64,000 bases of DNA from the human T2T-CHM13v2.0 reference genome, Homo sapiens, in the NCBI RefSeq assembly GCF_009914755.1, contig NC_060935.1, one strand, 5' to 3'. The notes under the pieces are model-generated. The model was given only the letters and a program-made list of their open reading frames with translations. It did no database searches and was not told where the DNA came from. Every line of letters starts with the position of its first letter. Within the stretch, counting starts at the first letter, position 1. Made by a program: the position numbers and the translations under genes. Of the stretch, positions 50,607-64,000 are shown piece by piece.

Positions 50607-52393
50607 TCTAGTGATTTTCAAACTTTGTCATGCATCCAAATCACCATTCCCAGGGTTTCTGATTTGGTAGGTCCAGGACAGGGCCAGAGGACTTGCATTT
50701 CTAACAAATTCCGAGGTGATGCTGAGGCTGCCGGTCCAGGGATCACATGTGAGAACCACAGCCTTATCTAGTTCTCTTCTATAACACCTAGCTATCTTGC
50801 TCAGAAAGCAGGGCCTCACCTGGCTCCTTCATCCCTCACTGCTTGGCTCTGAGTTTTTGGGAGAATAGACATTCCAGCCTGCACAGTGGTAACATAGTTT
50901 GCTAGCTAAGAGCCCAGACCTGCGAGTCAAGTGCCTGGGTTTGATCCTGCCGCCACCAACCTTGTCTCCTCTGGGTATGTACATTATAGAATTCTTGTGA
51001 GGGTTAGATTATTGGATGTGTGTAAAACAGTACAACAGTGCCTGGCAAATAGTAAGCACCCAAAAGGGATAGCCATTCTTGCAATCACGGATAGGCTTGA
51101 GCCTGGGCCCTGAGGGGAGTCTTATGGTACTGCCTGAACTACAGAGAGGTGTGAGAATATGCCACAGAGTGATGACAGATTATACCATATCGTCACCTAG
51201 ATTCATGAACATACAATACACATCAACAATGAGTGCAAAGATTGCTAGGAGGGATAGCACTGTGGGCTGATGCTATCTGGATCTCCCCCAAGTTTCCTCC
51301 AAATCCACTGTTATCATGGATCTCTTATTACTCTGAGTCAAGGAACCGGATTACTAAATCACAGTTTGTAAATTACGATGAGTCACTTTATCTAATCTAG
51401 ACGGTCATATGCACTCACCTCTCAGAGGCTGTGATGTCAGCTTGGACAGATTAGAGCATCCAAAGCAAAGGGCAGCATTGAAACACCTGTTCCTTGCAGC
51501 CCTCCACACCCTCAGGCAGCAGCAGCAGCACCTGACTATGGTGCACAGAACCCACGGGTGCCTGAGAAGGACACACTGAAGACCGGTGGTAGCTGAGTTC
51601 AGGTCTCCAGGATGCTGGTTGCCCAAAGAACTGTATACTTTGAAATCTACTACTCTAGTCCCAAATACAGGATGCACCATCATGATTTCCTCTTTAGCCA
51701 CTCTCAGGGTTGGGAACAGCTGGGAAGAGGTTGCAGAGAAAAGCCAGGAGGAAAAACTCCCCAGTTACTAAAGCAAAACCAGAGTGTTGAAGGTCTAGCA
51801 TGAGGAGGAGAGGGAGATGCTCTAGGAGGGAAGGATGACTGACCAAGTGACATGACCTGTCCCCAAGCTCCACTTTATGCTGATTGAACTCTGGGAGCTC
51901 CACTACCCTTTGAAAAGCTTCATGCAAATGTGAACTTGAACTCTGCTCTTAGAAATACTCAGCACAGTTAAGACAAACTGGTACTGTCTAAAAAACTCCA
52001 TAGCAAACAGCAATGAAGAATTTTATCTCTGGAATCAAATAGATCTGGGTTCAAATCTCAGGTCTACCTCTTAAAACTGTTACCTTGAGCAAAAGCACTT
52101 AATGCTCTGTGTCTTGATTTCATCACCTGTACGATACAGATACAAGAGTTCCTCACCAGGCTGTTACAAGGATCAACTCAGATACTGCATGAAAAGGCAC
52201 ATCATGAAGCCTCACAATAGTAGAGGACCAAGAAATGGCCATTGTATTACTAAGCACTGAACAAGAGAGAGCACACTAGGAATGACCCAGGGAACATTAG
52301 GCATGGGGAAGAAGTCAAGCTGATGAGTCCAGCTTTCTGAACTTGCGGTAGCCAGCCCATTCCTGTGGCTTGAAGTTCCTGCCCTTTCCATAC

Positions 52394-52757
52394 TGATATG
52401 GTTTGGCTGTGTCTCCACCCAAATCTCATCTTGAATTGTAGCTCCCATAATTCCCACATGTTGTGGGAGGGACCCCATGGGAGGTAATTGAGTCATAGGG
52501 GCAGTTCCCCCCATACTGTTCTTGTGGCCGTGAATAAGTCTCACAAGATCTGACGGTTTTATAAGGGGAAACCCCTTTTGCTTAGTTCTCATTCTCTCTT
52601 GTCTGCCGTCATGTAAGACATGCCTTTGCCTTCTGCCATGATTGTGAGACCCCCCCACCAGCCACATGGAACTGTGAGTCCATTAAACCTCTTTTTCTTT
52701 ATAAGATACCCAGTCTTGGGTATAGCTTCATCAGCAGCATGAAAACAGACTAATACA
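52394..52757 (+). mobile_element. THE1 (MaLR) solo LTR, THE1B-like
   Basis: Starts TGATATGGTTTGGCTGTGT, ends GACTAATACA; perfect 5-bp TSD CATAC (52389-52393 and 52758-52762). Confidence 0.92.
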
Positions 52758-55289
52758 CATACCCAGTGTGAAAATTAATGTCTGGTCCACCTCCACAGCC
52801 TCCTCATTTCTACTGTTTATCTCTATATGGGCCCACCTTGGCCTCCTCTTTAGACACTTGTGCCCAGCCCTGTGCCTGGTTTGAGAGACAGACCTCGTCT
52901 TTAAGTAACTGACACCAGGAAATCATCATCTGGTGATAAAAACGACTGCCACTTACCAAGATATGGTCCTATCTTTGTTGGCTTAATAGTCTCAGTAGAG
53001 TGGAAAAGCCTGAGATGCTCATAAAATCATTCATTCCACATATATAGATGGAGAATCTATGAGGTGTCATATCCATGAGTCCTCTCCCCCTCAGAAGCCA
53101 TTTTATTAGAACGTATTCCCTCCAGCTCAGGGAATCTGGCTCCTGGATAGTGAGTCCATGAGGTGACTAAGGAAGAAGGCCAAATGGCCTGAAAATAGTG
53201 GAGAATTTTTTCCTGGAGCAGAGAGGGCAGTCCTCATCCACAACCAGGAAGTAGGGAAGAAATTGGCCCAGGCCAGGTGGGCTTGGCCATCCAGCAACAG
53301 CTCCTCCATCCTGAAGGCACCCAGGGGCTCTGCTGCAGGTGCGGTCAGGAGCTGTGCCAGGAGAGACCGGCCTGAGGTCCCATGTGGCTTCCTGCCTGGA
53401 CAAACACGCCTCCACAGCCCCGGTGGACTGTCACCTCCGCAGGCCCCCTCAGGCAGCACTCACACTAGCCCATTGTTCTTCCTCCTGCTGGCAGTTCACT
53501 GGCTCCTGCTCCCATCCCTGCTCCCGGCAACCCCAGCAGAGCCTTGCATCCCAGCACTCCAGCAGAGTATGTACACACTGAGCAGGTCCTGGGATCAGCA
53601 CCGTCACCCCTGTGGGTGTCCGAGAGTCAGGGACCTCCCCTATTTTAGGGACATGCCTTCAAGCCTGGTAGCAGGGACCAAAAGAGTATGTTATGAAAAG
53701 GCTGTTCAAATGACAAAGATTTTCAACTGGTTTCTACCAGCAGCATCCTTTTCTTTTTCAAATAAATTATTAAGCAGTTCTCCAAAATATAAAGCTGATA
53801 CAAAAGCCCCAAATTCAGTGAAGAGGGAGCAGGTGGGGCCCACAGGCTGTCTTTGGGGTCTTCCCACTCCTTTGGCTTCCCTAGCCCTCAGTCCAGGCAG
53901 CCCCACAAGCATCTCCAGAGAACACACAGAGTTGGAGATGTGCTGCCCTAGGCAATGCCCCCTTTGAACTTACCCTGCAGACAAATGTCTTCCAGCCAAA
54001 CTTAGAGGCACGCCTCCTGCATCACCTTGATCACTTTGCACAGCCCCTCAACCTGGTCCACCAGCCGGTGCAGCTATCTCGCAGAAGCCGCCCCGGAGGC
54101 ATGCCTGCCTTCTCCAAGCCCAGCCCAGACCTGACGCTGCTGTTGCAGGACAGTTTCAGTCCCTGTGCCCCTCAACCTTCTCCTCAGCCCCTGCCCAGGA
54201 TGGTGGCAGGTGGCCATCAAGTAGCAAATGATACTTGAGACTTGAGAGCAATTCAGAGCCAATGTCCCCTTCAGAGCAGTTGAACTCCTACATAAGAACA
54301 GATTTTCTCCATGCTAAGGGGCAAATAGTTGGCGCTTTGGGGATACAGATTTTAGAATGGTCCCTCCTGTTATATGTAACTTGTAAACTGCCTTGGCACT
54401 AGGTAACGTTCTGAAAACAAGTCACCGTGATTTCCAGGGTGACCAGCCAGGGTTATGGAAGGCCCACAGCACTCCCTGTCCCCTCTGCCCTTTCCAGGCC
54501 TCTCCCAAGTCAGCCCCATTTCCCTTCCCAACCAAGTCTACCCACATGCCCCCATTCTGCTGCAGTTCCAGCAGGTGCAGCAGAAAAGTGACCACTAATT
54601 ACGATGGGAACATTCACTACCCCCTTGTTTTTTGTCAAAAGCTAGTGTGCTTTTCTGTTATGTCTGAGGGTCAGTCGACCTTCCCTGAAAATCAAGATAA
54701 ATGTAACCACGAATGTGGATGCAACTACAAGGCCTAAGCTCATGCTATTCCCGCCCTCAATGTGTTCTCAGGCATGTGGGCCTGCCCACCTCCCAGCATC
54801 CTTCAAAGACTTGCCCAATACGTATACTTCCCTGAAATCATTTCTAACCCTCCTTTTACAGTGTTTATGATTCAATTCCTCACTTTTTGATAATTAATCG
54901 CATGTTGCTTGAATCTTCAATGAACAGTTAAGAGTTAAGAGTTTCTGTTTATTTTCATTATTCGATTGTTAGTTTCTTACAGGCAAGGACCAAGCCTTTC
55001 TGGAATCCTCCATGGTGCCCAGGAGTGTTTCATACTGTGGTTTGCCCACAGCTAATTTTCAATTAGTATAGGTTGATTTATTCATTGCCACTGGCTAGGA
55101 ACAGTGTCGAGAACATATAAACTCTGAAGAGAGCTCTCATAGAGCTGTTTCATTCAAAGAAATGAAACTAGGGCTGAAAAAGAACATAAGATGAAGCACA
55201 CATTTTAATCTTCTAATTTCTTAGTTCGTTTCATATTTTCCCTAAGCAAACATTTGTAAATTTAATCCGTATGACACCCATCTCCTGAC

Positions 55290-55900
55290 TGTCTCCAAAT
55301 ACCCACAATTCCTCCCCCAATCCACTTTCCAAATGCAGCCAAGAGATTTATGTTTTATGCAAATCTCTCATCTTCTTCCATGGCTTTAAATCCTTCAATT
55401 GCCCTTCCAATTGCCCTTAGGCCCCAGTCTAAATCCTTCATCTAACTTCCTAGGCCCTCTGGGAGCTGGGATGGCTGCCTTTCTAACCTCATTTCCTAAC
55501 ATATTCCCCCACACTTTCTAGGATCCAGCATATTCAGCTTGCAGTTCTTAAAATTTCCACACCAGGGTTTCTCTCTACTCCAGGCCTTCACACCAGCGCT
55601 TCTCTCTGTCTAGAATGTTCTTCTCCCCACCTTTTCCTTTACTTTCCTTCATCCCTTTGCCTGACTGATTCCTGTTCAATTTTCAGTTTTCAGATTAAAC
55701 ATCACTTACCCAGAGAGGACTTATCTGAGCCCCAGGTGTCAGCCAACTGGTAGGTGTTCACAGGGCATCTGTGTCTCCTCTTTAAGCGGGGGTAAGGGGC
55801 AGTATCTTCTCGCTGATTTGTTTTCCTTCTTACATCCTGAGGTTATAGACAGTGTCTCTTGTTCATTGATGTATCCCAATACTAAGAATAGTGCTTATTG
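55290..55900. mobile_element. L2 3' fragment
   Basis: Pyrimidine-rich degenerate L2-like motifs (CTCCAGGCCTTCACAC...TAGAATGTTCTTC, TTGTTCATTGATGTATCCC); boundaries approximate. Confidence 0.55.
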
Positions 55901-56484
55901 ACTAGAATTGAAATATCACCACATTTCAGCAGAACGTTCAGGAAATCTTTCTTATTTACGGTGTTTTCAGGCCATAAAGACACTACACTTCAAGTGATGT
56001 TTTGGGATCACTGTTTTTAAGATAAATGTACAGTTAAAGAAATACTGTGTGCAAGAGTTCCATGATCTCTAATTCAGTGTAATTTCTCTTAAATAAAATC
56101 ATTAACTTCCCCTACCACAACCTTATCCTCTGCTTCTGCCCTGTCTACCACTCTCACTTGTAGTCTGTGGCTTGTGGGGCATGAGTGGAAAGAAGAGGGT
56201 AGTCACGACCACCATCACCACTACTAATTAGCCACTGTGTTGCTGCCGCTTTAGGTCAATCATCACTGTCTTTCCTACCGAAAGAAAAGGCTCCAACACT
56301 GCTGATCATCTGCAAGTCTGAGATAGCTTCAGTAGATTGACAAGCAATCAGAGATAGCTCTATATGTTCACAGAGCGGCCAACCATTGACCAAGTGTAGT
56401 TTCAGAGGACACCCCTGCCTTCCAACCACATTACTCCAAATCTTAACTAAAATGCCCCAGTAAGACCTTGGTCCTTTAGCCTAA

Positions 56485-56778
<294 letters not shown>

Positions 56779-58699
56779 TGAAAATTTGCATTTCTATGTT
56801 CCAGGTGATGGTGCTGCTGCTGGTCTGGGAATCACACAGTGACACCTTCCCACTTAAACTAGGAATGGCTGTCAGGCCTGGTGGTGAGTGAGATTCACCT
56901 GTGGAGTTTTGTTTTTGTTTTTTTTTTTAACATTATAGAGTTTGAATGGGGCCCAGTCTTCTACATTTCATAAACGTATCATAAGTGATATTGCTGCAAG
57001 GCCAAGGTTGAGAACCATGTTTATCCCTATTTAAAAGCAATGATTCCTGTAAAGGTCTAATATTTTGACGTGGAGCTGGTGATTTACATGCTAGCATAAA
57101 AGAGTTATTGAGCTTTCCTGAGAGAGCTTAATGGTGGGAAAAGGCATGAATACTGAAGATCCTAGACCAAGAGGGATATGTGGATGAGGCACAACCCCAG
57201 AGGGAAACTGAGGCACCCAAACCTCACCTTTACTCACGTCACCACGTGGGTTGCCCAATCTGTGGAAGCCCCATGCAGGAGGTGCCCTTGAAGCCACAAT
57301 TGTAGCCACTTCCTTGGAGGCTTTCATTACCTTTGGCTCTGCTTCCTGTAGGATCCCCAGCTGCGGCCAAGACTGTCCAAATGGGCAATGTGAAAAATCC
57401 AGCCAGTCAGATATTTTGACTGAACCCCTGGATACCACTTAGCCTCTGGCATGAGAAAGCTCTTCCCCGACCTCCTGTAAACTTCATCATCCAGGGAGAC
57501 ACTGGAAAGCATCCCCATATGAATTTGATCTTTGGACTCCTTTTGAACATAGGAGCCCAATGAGACTTTAAGCTTCATTCATTTCATGGGGAGAAATGAC
57601 ATATCTCCTGAGCAGAGCAAATTCAGCCAGATGTTTACCCCTTCACTTTCTAGCCCCAGGGGAAGTGGGTGGTAGGGGGAAGGGGGCAATGTTTTTCCTG
57701 TTTCACCTCCCAAATGCAACCTGTGAGTCATATTGCCTCTTGAGAAGGTAAGACCTACTTGCTTAGTCCCTCCACAGTTTTAAGCGGGCTTGGTCTTCTA
57801 AGGGAATTGATCTCCTTGTTCCCGGGACAGCAGTCTCTGAGAGTGAACTCCAAATTTACTAGAGAACTTCCACTTTTAAACCACAGCATCTCCATCCTAT
57901 AGCAGAGCCTGGCTAGAAGAGGTGTGGGACTTGCAGACCACAGCTGAGGTTGGTGGGATGGGATGCAGGGAAGTGACTGAAGACTGAGAGGTCCTTCTGC
58001 CCTCAGGGTGGCGGGTGTGAGCTGAGTGGGACTGAGGTGTGAGGGTATTTGCGATCCTGCATCATCCTAAGTATGGCCTGGATAGAGGCCTTATTCCTGA
58101 TCTACAGAGAGAAATGGGAGGCCCTGGAGAAAGCCGGGATGGGTGAGGGTGGGGTGAGGGTGGAGTGAGGGGAGACAGTGTAAATCCCCTCTGTTACTGG
58201 GGAGGTCAGACAGGAATTTACAGCAAAAGAACCCTGAGAAGCAGGAGGCCCAGCCTCCCACTGACTGGCTGGGCAACCTCGGAAAAGTCATGCCGCCTCT
58301 CTGTGCCTCAGTTTCCTCATCTGTAAAGGGAGGATACCAGAGCAAATGATTGTGCCAAGACCTAGTGTTCTATGATTCTACAGTTATGTGAATTGAACTA
58401 CTATTGAGTCTCTTATCTTAAAATACAATAGGCAGTTGCTAAAACTGCTTTCAACTGAGGAAAGCGTATTGCATCTGTAGTACTGGAGTTAATTTACAAA
58501 TAACAAGAACTTTAGAACCCGCCAATGAAAATCCATCTCTCTCCTTCCCTCCCTCTCTCTGTATTGTACAGGCTCATGTTAAATGATGAAGAATGTTCTA
58601 AACAAAGTGCAGTACAAACATATTAAATGTCTGAACTTTAATATAGCATAACTTTAACATCACTTCAAAGGAAAATAATCTTATGATTCTTAAGCCCTT

Positions 58700-59735
<1,036 letters not shown>

Positions 59736-60126
59736 TTGTACATAGGGTGGGCAATGTCATTCATGCAAAAAAAATTTGTCAACTAGCAATGAATATAGCA
59801 TGACTCTTTGGATGTAAGATTTAAGATTTGTGCATCATAAACTTAAATTAAACATCAACAAATATCATGGCCTCACTGTCTTTGTTTTCATATTTACTAA
59901 ATTAGACTATAATCTCTGTGAGGGGTTTTCTGCCCATCACTGTATCCCCATCACCTAACTCAGAGTAGGCTCTCAGAAAGTATGTGTTGAGTGAATGAAT
60001 GAATGAATGAATGGTATTATTCTGGGCTTGTACAAAGATAATTGGATGAATTCAACCCCTGCCTTCTTGGAACACACAATCTAAGAATGTATAATTATAT
60101 ATTTTTATTCATATATTATTTATATG

Positions 60127-60478
60127 TGATAGCTTTGGCTCTGTGTCTCCACCCAACTCTCACCTTGAATTGTAATAATCCCCACATGTCATGGGAGGGA
60201 CCTGATGGGAAGTAATGGAATCACAGAGGCAGGTTTTTCCCATGCTGTCCTCGTGATAGTGAATAAGTCTCATGAGATCTGATGGTTTTGTCAAGGGGAG
60301 TTCCCCTGCACGTGCCCTCTTGCCTGATGCCATGTAAGATGTGATTTTGCTCCTCATTCACCTTCTGCCATGATTGTGAGGCCTCCCCAGCCATGTGGAA
60401 CTGTGAGTCAATTAAACATCTTTCCTTTATAAATTACCCAGTCTCGGGTATGTCTTTATTAGCAGTGTGATTAATACA
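60127..60478 (+). mobile_element. THE1/MST-type (MaLR) solo LTR
   Basis: TG...TAATACA termini, THE1-type body, TSD ATATG (60122-60126 and 60479-60483). Confidence 0.9.
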
Positions 60479-62108
60479 ATATGTCAATATATTTAAATTT
60501 TATTACATGTTATTTTGTATCAATCTAAGATTTACATATAAAATCTAAGATACATCTACATAATGCACACACACATACAGTCAGAGAGAACAAAATACCA
60601 ATATTCAACCAACCTGAGGAAAAGTGAATTCTATGTCAGGAGGGATTGTTGCCTATTTTGGCTCACTGCTGTATCCTTGGCACCTAGAATAGGTTTGGCA
60701 CTAGCAGACGCTCAACAAATATTTGTTCGATGGATGAATGGAACAAGCCTCCTGTACCAGCCAAGGGGATGTGCCTTCCAGATCCTCTCAGGGTTAGTGT
60801 GTAGGAAGAGTGGGGGTGCTACAGAGAAAGCTTTAGCCTTCCCAGCCTCAAGGCAAGCTGGCATGTGCTGTATTTGTGCTGACTGTTCCCCTGAGATGTC
60901 TTAAAGATTCTCCCAACTGGCCTTCAATGGCCTTTCAGAATCCACATTCTGCACAAAGGTCTAACTGTGTTTTCAGCCAAGACCAAATTAATAATAATAA
61001 TAATAATAATAATACATCAGAAATGTCTCCACACACTCATTTCCACATTGAAATTTGTGTTGACTTGGTGAAGAATTTCAATGGAACTGAACACCGCTTT
61101 GCAGAGTGGAACATTAAATGGGAGCCCCAAAGCAAAAATTTCAGAATAAGTCCCTTTAGCCTTCTGAATTACCAAATCAATCTCACTCCATAGAAAGACT
61201 TCTCTTATGTGGGCCCCAAGAGTCACAGGGCTGCTCCAGTAGTATTTATGCCCATCATCCTGTGAGCTCTTAACTCGAGCATGACTCTGGACAGAGCATG
61301 GGTGATTTCTCTACTTGAGAAACCCTCAAAGTAGAGCCTCAGGTTACAAAGATGAAACACAATTGTGTACATAGAAATCTGCCTGTGAAGCCAAAAGTAA
61401 TTAACCTGTGCTTTTTATGCTTCAGAATCCCAACCTCAAACACTTCTGTTGTTTTCCTCCGGGCACTGCGTTAGGTAGGACTGAAATTAAAATGAAGTCC
61501 TCCCTTCACCATGACACTGTAATTAATGGAGAAAGGGGAAATGTTGTTCATGGGCTAAGGTCTCCTTTACCTGCATTGTGGGACAAGGGAGAAAACCCAG
61601 TGAAGCAGTTTATTTCTGGGCCAGAACTGACAGATGCAGAGGATGGGATCTGGGAAGCATCCAAAAGTCCATTCAACCAAAACTAACTTCCTTTCTCTTC
61701 CACTATGGGGCCTACAATTGTCAGCATTAATTTTCAGCAAGTCACTCCCTTGCCCCCTGCAAACTTGAATAAAGATATTCCTGAGTGGGTGACAAATTAA
61801 GCCACTCTCACTCAAACAGAGCTTGGCATTTATCAGATTAACCAACAAGTCATTTGAATAGGTCCTAAGGAAATGGCACATGGGATGTACTGGTTAGATG
61901 ATGATGGTGATGACAGTATTGATGATATTGGTGATATTGATGGTAATGATGGTGGTGATGATAATGGTGGTAGCAATGTGAGGATATTAGCAGTAGAACT
62001 AATAACAAAAATATCATTTTAGAAAAATGTATTATGTACCAGTCAGGATGGTAAAGACTCTGTATTGATTATTTCAGCTTGTCCTCACATACACTTTCAT
62101 ATATCCAT

Positions 62109-62452
62109 TGATATGGTTTGGCTGTGTCCCCACCCAAATCTCATCCTGAATTCCCATGTCTTGTGGGAGGGGACCCAGTGGGAGGTAATTGAATCATGGG
62201 AGCAGGTCTTTCCTATGCTGTTCTCATGAGAGTGAATAAGTCTCATGAAATCTGATGGTTTTATACAGGGGAGTTTCCCTGCACAAGTTCTCTTTTCTTG
62301 CCTGCCACCATGTAAGACATCCCTTTCACCTTCTGCCATGATTGTGAGGCCTCCCCAGCCACATGGAACTGTGAGTCCATTAAACCTCTTTCTTTGTAAA
62401 TTGCCCAGCCTCGGGTATGTCTTTATCAGCAGCATGAAAATGGACTAATACA
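62109..62452 (+). mobile_element. THE1 (MaLR) solo LTR
   Basis: TGATATGGTTTGGCTGTGTCCCCACCC...GGACTAATACA; TSD TCCAT (62104-62108 and 62453-62457). Confidence 0.92.
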
Positions 62453-63253
62453 TCCATTTTATAGATGAAGAAAACTAAAATTCAAAAGAGAGTAAGCAAC
62501 TTACCCAATGTCATCCAGCTAGAGGAGAAAGGGCTGCGGCCCATCAAAGAATTAAGATGATGCCTTACCTGAAGCAACCTAAGCATCTGTGGTTAGGAAG
62601 CATTTTCTAGGTCCCTAGAGAGGTGAAGCACACCATGAAACAGGGGGCAGGGAATCATCTGACATAACAACTTGACCCAAGTGCCCTCTGCTCTCCTCAC
62701 TTTTTCAGTTATTACTCAAAGGGTAACAGACCCCACATTGACTTACCTACCATCTCTGATGAAGAAATACATAGGAAAATACAAAAACACATCTCAGTGA
62801 ATATGGCAGGAGCTGCTGGGTGAAGAATGTCCTTTTTCTTGGAATTGTTTCCCTAGGAAGAAAGGACAGGTCATTCATGCTAGGAGACATGAAAACTTGG
62901 AGCTTTGATATAAAGACCAGGAACTGAATGGTATACAATTAGCAGCATGTTCCCTTTATCTCTCATGGTCTAATTGTCAATATTGAACAATTTCAAGCAT
63001 CACATTTTCACTTCATGTTATCTTGTTATCTTATTCTGTGGTTTCATCTGTTGGATCTTCCCAACTGGACTGCTAACTCTTTGTAGATACAGACCATAAT
63101 CCTGCTTCTTATACATCATCCCCCACATCCCAGCACTATGCTGGTCATAGTGTGGGTGCCTAATGCATGTTTGTAGTCTGATTTCTGGAGTCACCTCCAT
63201 TGCAGTCAGATTCAGCTACTGAGGACTCTGCTGGACATTAAGATGTCAGAACC

Positions 63254-63554
<301 letters not shown>

Positions 63555-64000
63555 GATGTCAGGACCATGAGAACCCAGAGAGTTTGCAGAGTTACCTGGC
63601 CTCGCACTGAGAACAAAACTGACCCTCTTTATCGTTTTCTGGGACACCAGGCAAGCTTTGGCAAGATTTGGTATCTGTAGCAGACTCCAGATACTTTTTC
63701 AGGGGTGGATTGATCTCAGTATGAACAATAACCCAATGTTGCCACTGCCAGAGTTCAGGGAGTGGGGAGGGAGGGCTACCTGAAATTATGCTTATAAAAT
63801 GTACATGCTCACATTCTTCATAAAGAGGAAGTATAGCGTGGCAGTTAGCACAAACTCAAAGCCTGATTTCAAATGTCGACTATGCTACTTGCTAGCTGTG
63901 TGACTTTGGACAATCTACTGAACCTCTCTGTGCCTTAGTTTTTTCACTTGTAAAATAAATGATAGTACTTATCCTATAAGATTGTTGTGAGGATTAAATA

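Noticed and set aside
53263-53967. 234-aa plus-strand ORF
   Set aside because: TTG start, GC-rich low-information composition, no recognisable homology or exon structure; PhyloCSF or Ribo-seq evidence would be needed to revive it.
60127-62452. Two nearby THE1 LTRs with a ~1.6-kb spacer as one full-length THE1 element
   Set aside because: Each LTR has its own distinct TSD, the LTRs differ substantially, and the spacer does not look like THE1-int.

Overview
Human/hominoid genomic DNA (AluY/S/J, THE1, L1M, MER, MIR) containing the complete POU2AF1 gene (OCA-B/OBF-1/BOB.1, the B-cell coactivator of OCT1/OCT2; chr11q23.1 from recall) on the minus strand. Five coding exons (37297-37312, 16924-17054, 15927-15969, 15577-15842, 12393-12707) all have canonical GT-AG boundaries and splice in frame to a 256-aa protein (MLWQKPTAPEQ...HTLSVEGF*). 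The gene has a TATA-like/CRE CpG-rich promoter near 37.4 kb, a 20.2-kb first intron and a ~1.9-kb 3'UTR with two AATAAA signals. Also present: the MIR4491 hairpin (~5.95-6.02 kb), built from an inverted duplication of a MER94 transposon end; a tailless U2 snRNA retrocopy (41238-41292); three co-oriented THE1 solo LTRs upstream of the gene; and an unexplained ~570-bp direct duplication inside intron 1 whose edge coincides with a splice donor. Apart from the POU2AF1 exons and L1 ORF2 remnants, the ORF-track entries look like repeat-derived or chance ORFs. I found no second protein-coding gene and nothing I can call a new multi-gene system. The most interesting observations are regulatory, structural and evolutionary. 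Repeat subfamily names come from recalled consensus sequences, and repeat boundaries without a TSD are approximate.
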